From contig CM052816.1 of the NCBI GenBank assembly GCA_028534125.1, forward strand, positions 38,442,001-38,506,000: a stretch of 64,000 bases of DNA. The letters are read 5' to 3'. This DNA is from Lama glama. Taxonomy: Eukaryota. The notes under the pieces were generated by a model. It ran no database searches and was not told where the DNA came from. It saw only the letters and a program-made list of their open reading frames with translations. Made by a program: the position numbers and the translations under genes. Below are positions 27,884-38,810 of this stretch, piece after piece. Numbering within the stretch: position 1 is the stretch's first letter; every line of letters begins with the position of its first letter.

Positions 27884-27916
<33 letters not shown>

Positions 27917-28600
27917 GTAACTTATGGGGAGCCCAGGTTGTTCTGCTCTGTATCCCCTCCCAGCCACGGTGCACAGCACCCTGCAGTCCCCAGGGCTGCC
28001 TCAGTGCAGCCGCCCCAATCCTCCGCCCGGCTCTGGCAGCCTGGCCCAGCCTCCAGCTGCCAGCTCCCGTCTCGGGCTGGGTGTCACAGAGACCCTTTCT
28101 GCCCATTTAACTTAGGTCTGTCGCTCAAGGGGTGCTGCCAAGACAAACAAGGAGCTAAGTTTTGGAATGGAGCAGGGATGGGGCGGTTCTGCGGTCTTCC
28201 CCAAGCCTGCCTATGGAGCGCAGACCTGAGGCGGAGTGGGCAGCTTCACAGAGCAGCGGAGCAACCAAAGCCGGGAAGGGGCGGGCAGCCACCCCTCTTC
28301 CTGGCAGGAACGCAGCACCTGCCCGCAGTGCTGGGAGGAGGCGCGATCCACCTGCCTGCCTCCCCCAGAGTGCAGCATCTGACTGCGGCATCGGGAAGGG
28401 CAGTGACCCGCCCGCCCACAGCGAAGGAGAGCAGCGCCTGACCCAGTGTTAGGAGGGGGCGCGATCTGCTAGCCGACAGCCACTGGGAGCAGCACAGACT
28501 AGGGCGCCAACAAAGGGCCTCTGGAAACAGCAAGCTGACTTTGTGAAACAGGGCGAAGACAGAAAAACTTCTCAATAAAACCATTAAGAGCGAACAGTCT
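27280..28600 (+). promoter_or_regulatory. LINE-1 internal promoter / CpG-rich 5'UTR
   Basis: Most GC/CpG-rich part of the window; YY1-like motif at 27293-27302 reads CAAGATGACG instead of the canonical CAAGATGGCG. Confidence 0.7.
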
Positions 28601-28665
28601 CCAGGAGAACACATCCTTTTTTTTTTTAATTTTTTTATATCTGTTTTATTTTCTATTACCTTTTT

Positions 28666-28761
28666 TTTTTTAACATTTTTTATTGATTTATAATCATTTT
28701 ACAATGTTGTGTCAAATTCCAGTGTTCAGCACAATTTTTCAGTCATTCATGGACATATACA
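28666..28761 (-). mobile_element. Extremely 5'-truncated (about 96 bp) LINE-1 3' end inserted antisense in the L1 5'UTR
   Basis: Reverse complement matches the host element's own 3' end at about 34120-34207; flanked by direct repeat CTATTACCTTTTT (28653-28665 and 28762-28774). Confidence 0.88.
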
Positions 28762-29589
28762 CTATTACCTTTTTAATCTTTACTTTTTAAATAGTTGTAT
28801 ATGTTTACAGCTTTAACCCCTTTTAAATTTTACTTTTAAAATCTTTTTATTATTATTTTTACAAATCCAACTCCTTTCATTTTTAATTCTCTTGGTTTTG
28901 ATCTCCTGTTATTGGTTATTCACAGGTTTCAAATATGGTTTTCTGATTTTCTTCTCCTTTTTATTAAGGTTTTTAAAAGATGTTTCAACTTGATTGCTAT
29001 TCTGCTTCAACTTGCTCTTCCATTATTGATTATACACTGTTTTCAAACCTTTTTTTCTCCCTTCTTCTAAAATTCTCTTTAATCTTTTGTTAAAATCTGT
29101 TCTATTTTCTATTACCTTTTAAAAATTTACTTTTTAAACAATTGTATATGTCTCCAGTTTTAATCCCTTTAAAATTTTTCTTTTAAAATATTTTTATTTT
29201 TATTTTTACAACTTTTAAAAATCCACCTCATTTGATTTTTCTTTCTCTTGGTTTTGATCTCCTGTAATTGATTATACACAGGACTCAAATATTGTTTTCT
29301 GATCTTTTCTCCTTTTTTAAAAGTTTTTAAAAGACGTCTCAATGCAACTGCTATTCTGCTTCAACTTGCTCTTTTATTATTGATTATACACTATTTTCAA
29401 ACCTTTTTTTTCTCCTTTCTTTTAAAACTCTCTCGCTCTTTTTTTTTTTTTTAACTTTTATTCCTGCATAAGCTTTAGATAGAAACTCCTTCAGGACCAC
29501 AATAGATAACTGATACTCCATAAGCCACAGTGCCAGAGAGATATGAGAAAGGTGAACTGATACTCCATAAGCCACAGTGCCAGAAAGAT

Positions 29590-30478
29590 ATGAGAAAGCA
29601 GAGAAACCACTCCCAAGTAATAAAGCAAGAGAAATCCCCTGAAAGCATGATCAATGAAATAGACATTGATGGCCTACTAGATCAATATTTCAAAAAAGGA
29701 GTGATCAAAATACTGAAGGAACTAAGAGACAGTGCTTAGAGATATAAAATTTGTCAAAAACAAAATTGAAGCTATAAAGAAGAGCCAAGTAGAATTGGTA
29801 AACTTATTGGCTGAAATGAGAACTGATCTAAAGGCTATACAAAGCAGGCTAGATAATGCAGAGGAACGAATAAGTGACCTAGAAGACAGGACAACAGAAA
29901 GCACCCCATCAGAACAGCTGAAAGAAAAACAAATAAACAATGAAAACAATATAAGGGACCTATGGGATAATATAAAGCATGCCAATCTTTGCATAATAGG
30001 GGTTCCAGAAGGGGAAGAAAGAACAAAGGGGATTGAAAAGGTTTTTGAAGAAATCATGACTGAAAACTTCCCAAATCTAAAGAAGGAATCAGATATCCAA
30101 GTACAAGAGGCTCAGAGGGTCCCAAACAGGAAGAACCTGAACAGACCCACACCAAGACATATCATAATCAAGACAGCCAGAGTCAAGGATAAAGAAATGA
30201 TCCTAAAGGCAGCAAGAGGAAAACAAAGAGTGAATTACAAGGGAACCCCCATAAGTCTCTCAGCTGACTTCTCTGTATAAACACTACAGGCCAGAAGGGA
30301 ATGGCAAGATATATTCAAAGTCCTGAATGAAAAAAAGATGCAGCCTAGGATACTCTATCCAAAAAGGCTATCCTTTAGAATAGAAGGAGAGATAAAGAAC
30401 TTCATAGACAAGCAAAAAATAACAGAGTTTAACAACACTAAACCCATGCTAAAAGAAATATTGAAAAGTCTAGTCTAA
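29590..30478 (+). pseudogene. LINE-1 ORF1p, disrupted
   Basis: MRKQRNHSQ... start; coiled coil 'SRLDNAEERISDLED'; RRM 'NLCIIGVPEGEE', 'ENFPNL', 'RPTPRHIIIK'; CTD 'TLQARREWQDIFKVL...PRILYP'. Frameshift near 29735 and premature TAA at 30278-30280. Confidence 0.93.
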
Positions 30479-30892
30479 ATAGAAAAGAAGCAGGATGCAA
30501 CAAAAATGAGCAACTCATAACTGGAAAGGTGATAACTACCATGAATTCCAAATAGAATAAATACAAAATTGTAAAAGAAGAAATCTAAATCATTAAGAGT
30601 GGGAGAGGGAAACAAGAAAATATAGAGTAATTTTTCTTTTTTCTTTTTATTTTAAATTTTTTGTTCTTGGTAGGATGGGTTTGAGATTACATTACTATCT
30701 GTTTAGTACAAACAGTTATAGTAGCAGGTTAATACACTTACAAAACAGGGTAACCACAAGCCAAAAACTTACAAGGGAGTCACAAAAGCTAAATAAAATC
30801 CAAAATAATACAAAGAAAAATTACCAAACCACAAAAGGAAGAAGAAAGGAACAAAGAAGAAATACCAAATCAACTGCAAAAATAAATTCAAA

Positions 30893-33800
30893 ATGGCAAT
30901 AAACACTCATCTATCATTAATTACTGTAAATGTTAATGGACTAAATGCCCCAGTCAAAAGATACAGAGTGCAGACTGGATAATAAAGCAAGAACCTTCAA
31001 TATGCTGCATACAAGAGACCCACTTCAGGGAGAAGGACGCATATAGATTGAGAGTGAAAGGATGGAAAAGGATATTCCATGCAAATGGAAAAGCCAAAAA
31101 AGCAGGTATAGCAGTACTGATTTCAGACAAAATTACACTTTAAAACAAGGGCCATAAAGAAAGATAAAGAAGGACATTTTATAATGATTAAAGAGGTAAT
31201 ACAAGATGAGGCTATTACAATCATTAATATACATGCACCCAACATAGGAGCACCTAAGTATACAAAACAACTACTAACAGAGATAAAAGGTGAAATTGAT
31301 GGGAATCAAACCAAAAGCTGGTTTTGAAAGAGTAAATAAAATCAGCAAACCTCTGGCCAAACTCACAAAGAAGAAAAAAGAAAGAGCACAAATCAGCAAA
31401 ATAAGAAAGGAAAATGGAGAAATTATAACAAACAACATAGAAATACAGAATATCATACGAGAATATTATGAAAAACCATATGAAATCAAACTGGATAACC
31501 TAGAGGAGATGGACACATTTCTGAAAACATACAGTCCACCAAGACTGAATCAAGAAGAAACTGACCCTTGAACAAACCGATCACTAGAAATGAAATCAAA
31601 TTAGCAATAAAAAACCTCCCCACAAATAAAAGTATAGGACCAGACGGCTTCACTGGGGAATTCTACCAAACATACAAAGAAGAACTCATACCAGTCCTCC
31701 TCAAACTCTTCCAGAAGACTGAAAAGAGGCAATACTCCCAAACTTATTTTATGAAGCCAACATCACCCTGATACCAAAACCAGGCAAAGACACCACCAAA
31801 AAGAGAATTACAGACCAATATCACTGATGAACATACATGCAAAAATCCTTACCAAAATACTAGCAAATAGAATCCAACAGCACATAAAAAAGATTATACA
31901 TCATGATCAAGTGGGGTTCATCCCAGGGACACAAGGCTGGTTCAACATATGCAGATCAATCAATGTAATACATCACATCAACAAGAGAAAGGACAAAAAC
32001 CACATGATCATCTCAATAGATGCAGAAAAAGCTTTTGATAAAACTCAGCACCCATTTATGACAAAAACTCTCACCAAAGTGGGTATAGAGGGAACATATC
32101 TCAACATAATAAAAGCTATATATGACAAACCTACAGTCAGCATAGTACTCAACGNNNNNNNNNNNNNNNNNNNNNNNNNNNNNNNNNNNNNNNNNNNNNN
32201 NNNNNNNNNNNNNNNNNNNNNNNNNNNNNNNNNNNNNNNNNNNNNNNNNNNNNNNNNNNNNNNNNNNNNNNNNNNNNNNNNNNNNNNNNNNNNNNNNNNN
32301 NNNNNNNNNNNNNNNNNNNNNNNNNNNNNNNNNNNNNNNNNNNNNNNNNNNNNNNNNNNNNNNNNNNNNNNNNNNNNNNNNNNNNNNNNNNNNNNNNNNN
32401 NNNNNNNNNNNNNNNNNNNNNNNNNNNNNNNNNNNNNNNNNNNNNNNNNNNNNNNNNNNNNNNNNNNNNNNNNNNNNNNNNNNNNNNNNNNNNNNNNNNN
32501 NNNNNNNNNNNNNNNNNNNNNNNNNNNNNNNNNNNNNNNNNNNNNNNNNNNNNNNNNNNNNNNNNNNNNNNNNNNNNNNNNNNNNNNNNNNNNNNNNNNN
32601 NNNNNNNNNNNNNNNNNNNNNNNNNNNNNNNNNNNNNNNNNNNNNNNNNNNNNNATGAAACCACAAAAGACCTAGAATTGCCAAAGCATTACTGAAGAAA
32701 AAGAAAGAGGCTGGAGGAATAACTCTCCCAGACTTCAGACAATACTACAGAGCTACAGTAATCAAGATAGCATGGTATTGGTACAAAAACAGATATGTGG
32801 ACCAATGGAACAGAATAGAGAGCCCAGAAATGAACCCACAAACTTTTGGTCAACCAATCTTCAATAAAGGAGGCAAGAATATACAATGGGATAAAGACAG
32901 TCTCTTCAGCAAATGGTGTTGGGAAAACTGGACAGCAGCATGTAAATCAATGAAGCTAGAACACTCTCTTACACCATATACAAAAATAAGCTCAAAATGG
33001 ATCAAAGACTTAAACATATGACAAGATACAATAAACCTCCTAGAAGAAAATATAGGCAAAACATTATCTGACATACATCTCAAAAATGTTCTCCTAGAAC
33101 ACTCTACTCAAGTAATAGAAATAAAAGCAAAAATACACAAATGGGACCTAATGAAAATTACAAGCTTCTACACAGCAAAGGAAAACCATAAGTAAAACAA
33201 AAAACCTACGGAATGGGAGAAAATTTTTGCAAATTAAACCGACAAAGGCTTGATCTCCAGAATATATAAGCAGCTCACATGATTTAATAAGAAAAAAACA
33301 AACAACTCAATCCAAAAATGGGCAGAAGACCTAAACAAGCAATTCTCCAAGGAAGAAATACAAATGATCAATAGGCACACGAAAAAATGTTCAATATCAC
33401 TAACTATCAGAGAAATGCAAATCAAAACTACAATGAGGTATCACCTCACACCAGTCAGAATGGACATCATTCGAAAATCCACAAATGACAAATGCTGGAG
33501 AGGCTGTGGAGAAAAGGGAACCCTCCTACACTGCTGGTGGGAATGCAGTTTGGTGCAGCCACTGTGGAAAATAGTATGGAGATTCCTCAAAAGACTAGGA
33601 ATAGACTTACCATATGACCCAGGAATCCCACTCCTGGGCGTATATCCAGAAGGGACCCTACTTCAAAATGACACCTGCACCCCAATGTTCATAGCAGCAC
33701 TATTTACAATAGCTGAGACATGGAAACAGCCTAAATGTCCATCAACAGATGACTGGATAAAGAAAGGTGGTATATTTATACAATGGAATACTCTTCAGCC

Positions 33801-33926
33801 ATAAAAACCAACCACATAATGCCATTTCCAGCAACACAGATGTCACTGAAAAATGTCATTCTAAGTGAAGTAAGCCAGAAAGAGAAAGAAAATACCATAT
33901 GAGATCACTTATATGCGGAATCTTAA
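30893..33926 (+). pseudogene. LINE-1 ORF2p (endonuclease/reverse transcriptase), disrupted
   Basis: MAINTHLSLITVNVNGLNAPVKR start; '[12 protein letters not shown]'; '[10 protein letters not shown]'; '[11 protein letters not shown]'; C-terminal '[18 protein letters not shown]'. Several frameshifts and stops, an internal deletion near 31305, and the RT active site falls in the N gap. Confidence 0.94.
32155..32654. other. Assembly gap (500 N)
   Basis: Run of n; the round size suggests a placeholder. Confidence 0.99.
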
Positions 33927-34275
33927 AAAAAAAATACAAAACAGAAACAGACTCATATACATAAAATAGAAACTTCTGGTTGCCACGGGGACGGGGAATG
34001 AGAAGGGACTGGGATTTCAAAATGTAGAATACACAAATAAGATTTTACTGTGTAGCACAGGGAAATATATACAGGATCTTGTGGTGGCTCACAGAGAAAG
34101 AGAATGTGACAATGAATGTATGTATGTTCAAGTATAACTGAAAAATTGTGCTCTACACTGGAATTTGACACACCATTGTAAAAGGACTATAACTCCATAA
34201 AAATGTTTATATATAGAAAAATAAATAAATAAAATGGGTGACACAGCAAAAAAAAAAAAAAAAAAAAAGAAAAGA

Positions 34276-34786
34276 TATATGCACCCTTATATTTATTGAA
34301 GCATTATTCACAATAGCCAAGATACGGAAGCAACCTAAGTTTGCATCAACAGATAGATAAATGAATAAATATGATGTAATGTTTATATATAGCATACTAT
34401 TATGGAATGTTATTGGAATATTACTGTCATAAAAAGAATGAAATCTTGCCATTTACAGTAACATGGATGGACCTAGAAGGTATTATGCTAAGTGAAACAA
34501 GCCAGAGAGAGAAAAAACAGAACAAAAGAACAAACATAGCAAAAGAGAAATAGATTCCTAGACACAGAGAACAAACAGGTGGTTACCAGAGGCACGGGTG
34601 GAGGAGGCAGTGAAATAGACAAAGGAAATTAAGAGGTACAAACTTCCCGTAACAAAATAAATGAGGGATAAAATATACACAGACATTCATGATGATCATT
34701 TTGTAATATATAGAAATATCAAATAATTATGTTGTACACCTAGAGCTTAACATGATGTTGTAGATCAATTATAATTAAATTTAAAA
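34276..34786 (+). mobile_element. Older LINE-1 3' end (right half of the interrupted element)
   Basis: Continues 'gaaaaga|tatatgcacccttatatttattgaagcattattcacaatagccaagat' colinearly with 26660-27279; ends 'tgttgtacacct...gatcaattataattaaatttaaaa'. Confidence 0.9.
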
Positions 34787-34789
34787 TAT

Positions 34790-34950
34790 ATGTAGATACT
34801 GGAAGAAAATGTATCAAAATGCTAATGCTAGTTATCTCTGCAGGGTGGGGATTATGGATGATTATTAATTTTTACCTTAAGCTTTTATGTATTTCTAGTT
34901 GACTATAATGAACAAGTGTCACTTGTAAAATTAGAAAGAAAACAATAAAT
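34790..34950 (+). mobile_element. Ancient L1ME-like 3' end
   Basis: 'tggaagaaaatgtatcaaaatgctaatgctagttatctctg...gtggggattatggatg', the same motif type as 2630-2800. Confidence 0.6.
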
Positions 34951-35139
34951 CTCATTACAAATGAAAAGAATAAGAGAAATGGATAATTGTTTACAATGAG
35001 ATCTGAAATCACATCATTATATGTTCAATAAAATCAAGTATTTATTTTTTAAGTTTACTCTCCCCATTTCTATTATACGTACTTTGGGGGGAATACAATA
35101 ACATGAAGCATCCAAATAATGCAATTTAATAATTCCACA

Positions 35140-35238
35140 ACGTAAAGGTATATCAATCATGTTGTACACCTTAAATATATGCAATTTTATTTGTCTATTA
35201 TATCTGAATAAAGGTTGAAAAATAAATAAATACTGCAA
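35140..35238 (+). mobile_element. Short L1MA-like 3' end
   Basis: 'atcatgttgtacaccttaaatatatgcaattttatttgtctattatatctgaataaagg' plus A-rich tail. Confidence 0.75.
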
Positions 35239-35259
35239 AAAATGAAAAGATAAGATAAA

Positions 35260-35888
35260 GGCACCTCTATGTTTATTACAGTGTTATTTACAATAGCCAA
35301 GATATGGAAACAACATAAGTGACCATCTGCGGATCACTTCATCAACACACACACAAACACACATGGTAGAATATTACTCAGTCATAAAAAAAGAATGAAA
35401 TCTTGCCATATGTGACAATATGGATAGACCTTGTGGGTATTATGCTAAGTAAAATATGTAAAAGACAAATACCATATGATTTCACTTATATGTGACATCC
35501 AAGAAAAACAGAACAAATGAAAAACAAAATGCACAGATACAAAGAACAGATTGGTGGTTGCCAGAGAGGAGAGGGGCTGAGGAATGGATGAAATGGGTGA
35601 AAGGGATCAAAAAGTACAAACTTCTAGTTATAAAATAAGTATGTCATGAGGATGCAATGCAGAATGTGTGATTATAGTCAATAATATTGTATTGCAAATT
35701 TGAAAGTTGCTAAGAAAGTAAATCTTAAAAGTTCTCATCACAAAAAGAAATATGTAACTTTGTATGGTGGCAGATGGTAACTAGACTTATTGTGGTGATA
35801 ATTTCACATGTACAAATGTCATGCCGAATCATTATGTTGTACACTTGACACTAATATAGTGTATGTCAGTTAAACTTCAATTTTAATA
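35260..35888 (+). mobile_element. L1MA-like 3' end (ORF2 tail plus 3'UTR)
   Basis: 'gcacctctatgtttattacagtgttatttacaatagccaagatatgg', 'ttgaaagttgctaagaaagtaaatcttaaaagttctcatcaca'. Confidence 0.88.
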
Positions 35889-36049
35889 ATGCAAATGACA
35901 ATGGGAACAGGAGCACAGAGCCTTTAGCCATAAGGATGAGTACAAAATATGTTCTGTAAGCTGTGGAGAATTATTAACATGAATTTTTTACTAATTCACT
36001 TTATCATTTTATTTAACAAATAATACACAATAATACAAGATTATAAAAT

Positions 36050-37170
36050 ATAATAAATGTTACATGATATATCACCATGGTTAACATTTTAGTGTATGTC
36101 ATTTAAAAAGAAATATTTATAAAATGAGACTATACTAAGTATCATGTTACCTGCTTTTAAGTTATACATATATATCTGTTTAAAATATACTGAAAGTCCT
36201 TACATAATACACTTCATACCTTTAAATAACTGCATAAAATTTTATGGAATGTATCCTAATTTATTTGTGACAATTTCTATATTGTTACCTATTTATATTG
36301 CTTTTTATTATTATTATATAGAGATACAAAAAACAAATATTTTTTAAGTACCCACCATGTGCCAGACACTGTTCTAGATTGCATAAAACAAAATAAAAGA
36401 GACTAATTCCCTGCTCCCATGGAACTGAACATTTTGGAGTTACAATAACATAAATCTTTAGTATCAATTTGCTTGTATCTTTACAACAAACTCTGGATGC
36501 GAAGTTTCAGTACCAAAAAATTAAATGTTTTTAAAGGTACTGATGCATAACCAAAAGCTGTGCATAAGCGTACGTGCCTCCCCATACCTCTGATGCTATG
36601 GAGTATTACCAAACTTTCTGGCCTTTGTCAAAAAGGATGTAAATTACATACCTTGCTTTATAATGTATGTTTTTACTTTGCCAGTGATTATGAACATTTT
36701 CACTTCTACTATTATTGGTTATTCTTTTGCAAGTATGAAATGCCTAGGTATCCCACTGACATAAAGATTTTCATTTTTATTTCCTATTCATTGATGACAT
36801 TTCATTTTAAGTTAAGAACATTCTTTGTCAGGCGTATATTTTTCAAATATTTTCCCGAATTCGTCACACATATATGTATGTAAGTATATACATACATTTT
36901 AGTGTACATGTTTTTTTTTTAACTTTTTGTGATTAATTTTGCTAGAGAGGTTTATAATGATTTTGGCTTTTGGTGTTGTTTCAAAATGACTTACTAATGT
37001 CAGTATTGATATAATTTACTTATATTTTTCTCTAGTACTGTAAAATATGTTTTATATATAAGTCATCAACCAATTTATGCTGCATGATGTAGGAGTCAAC
37101 AAAATTGCTTTTCCAAGAGGCGAACCCCCTATTTTCATATCATTAATTGACTATCATTTTTCCTCAATGA
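36050..37170 (-). mobile_element. Decayed antisense old L1M with an embedded L2 3' end (about 36330-36440)
   Basis: T-rich antisense L1-like text; 'caaatattttttaagtacccaccatgtgccagacactgttctag' is an L2 terminus. Confidence 0.5.
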
Positions 37171-38249
37171 TTTGTTCTCAAACAGATAAGTGCTTCTCTA
37201 CAAAGGCATTCTTTCTCTAACATATAGTGTTCAAATTTTTAAAATATAGTTTATTAAAACTGTTTTCCCCATATACATCCCCAAATACTTTAGGAAACCC
37301 TGTTTAGGATTAAGGCTGATATTACAGAATTCTGAAGTACCCCCCTATTTTATTCCTAAAAGCTGATGATTCCAAAAGACACTATTTGTTTTTTTTCTCC
37401 TAAACATTTAATACCCATAACTTATTTCCTATTCTAATATGAATATATTGGCCAAATCTTTTAACAGACTATAGCTAGAAAAAGAGATAGTAGCTGCTTA
37501 CAGATAAGAGTTCTACTTGTAATTTAAAATTCATGCTATCTGTGTGAACCCCGGAACCTAGCAAACACCTCCACATACCCATTAAACAGAAATTTTAGCA
37601 AAGACCTAGTACAGGTAAGTCATGTTCTTGAAGGAGCCATTAACTCTAGTATCCTGATATTTCATTAATGATAAATAAAAGAATTCCCAGGTGAGAAATG
37701 ATACTATGAAAACCAGGCTGGGAAAATGGAGGCATAGGTAACTTAACTATTTTCTTCTTCTTTATTTTTTTTTTTGTAACATCCTTATTATATAGTCTTT
37801 CTTTTTCCTCCCCAAGGTTTTGGTGTAAAGACTTTCAAATCGTATTAACACATATAGCTGATCTAGGAAGAGTTTAAATTCTGTCCTTAAATGACTGAAT
37901 CTAACCCAGAAGCCATACTGCAGCAGGGGAACATATCAGAATTACCAGGGGATTTTTAAAACTAAATACAGCCCCCAACACATGCCTCATACAATGGAAA
38001 TCTTCCTATACTTCCCACTTGTCATTAATACCCACTACAAAGTAAGCCATTGCTTTTGATGGAAATGGATCAAATTTCTAAGGTGTGTTGAGAATCGTTT
38101 TTGTACTAACCAAGAGACTGAGAAAGACCTTTAAATTAACCAAGAGTTTAATTATGTAATCATTCGATGATCATTTTTTGAGACTTTTTTGACCTGCCTA
38201 GCATCTAGCCTCCAGGAATACAATAATGTGGACAGACATAGTAATAAAT

Positions 38250-38810
38250 AACCTAGCAAGTTCAGCATGGAGAATAGACACAGCATTAGATAAACCAGCA
38301 TCAGCATGGAGAGATCCATGACAAGCATAAAACAGAGCATCAGGGGACGATGCAGAAATAATACTAACCCAGGCTTGGTGGGTCAGGAGAAAATGTCCAG
38401 TGGGACTGGCATCTATGTTGAAACCTAAATGAGGTAATGAATTAGGCAAAAAGCAAGAGAATTAAGTCCTCAGCAGAGGCAACAGCCTATATTAATGTCC
38501 AGAAGTGAGAAATTATATCATTTTTCAAGAACTAAAGAAATTTAGAATGACCAGAGTGTAGAACTCATGTGGAAAAAAAACAAAGGAGATTGAGAGGTAC
38601 AGAGATAAATGATGAGGCTAGAGAAGTGAAGAGGGGTCAGATCAGGGGTCCTCTAAGCCATGTAAAGATGTCTGAATTCTACCAAGAGAACATAGAAGAA
38701 CAAATGAACATTTTAAGCAGGACAGAGACCTAAGTTTTTACTTTAGAAAAACTGATTGCAACGTGCAAAACATAGGAGAGGAGGGGAAGTCCAGAATCAG
38801 GAAAATAAGT
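38250..38810 (-). mobile_element. L2 LINE fragment
   Basis: 'gatgaggctagagaagtgaagaggggtcagatca...taagccatgtaaagatgtctgaattcta' typical of antisense L2. Confidence 0.65.

Larger units (their letters stand above)
27280..34268 (+). mobile_element. Near-full-length inactive LINE-1 (camelid-type)
   Basis: 5' start 'gaggagggagaagcaagatgacggagtag', GC-rich 5'UTR, ORF1 and ORF2 remnants, 3'UTR, A21 tail (34248-34268); TSD GAAAAGA at 27273-27279 and 34269-34275 at a TT|GAAAA endonuclease-type site. Confidence 0.96.

Noticed and set aside
27209..28614. Many overlapping 60-186 aa ORFs on both strands
   Set aside because: They lie in the GC-rich L1 5'UTR where stops are rare; no recognisable domains, and the poly-F/poly-K runs come from the T29 tract
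31827..32684. Long ORFs of 171-282 aa in the track
   Set aside because: Artefacts of translating through the 500-N gap
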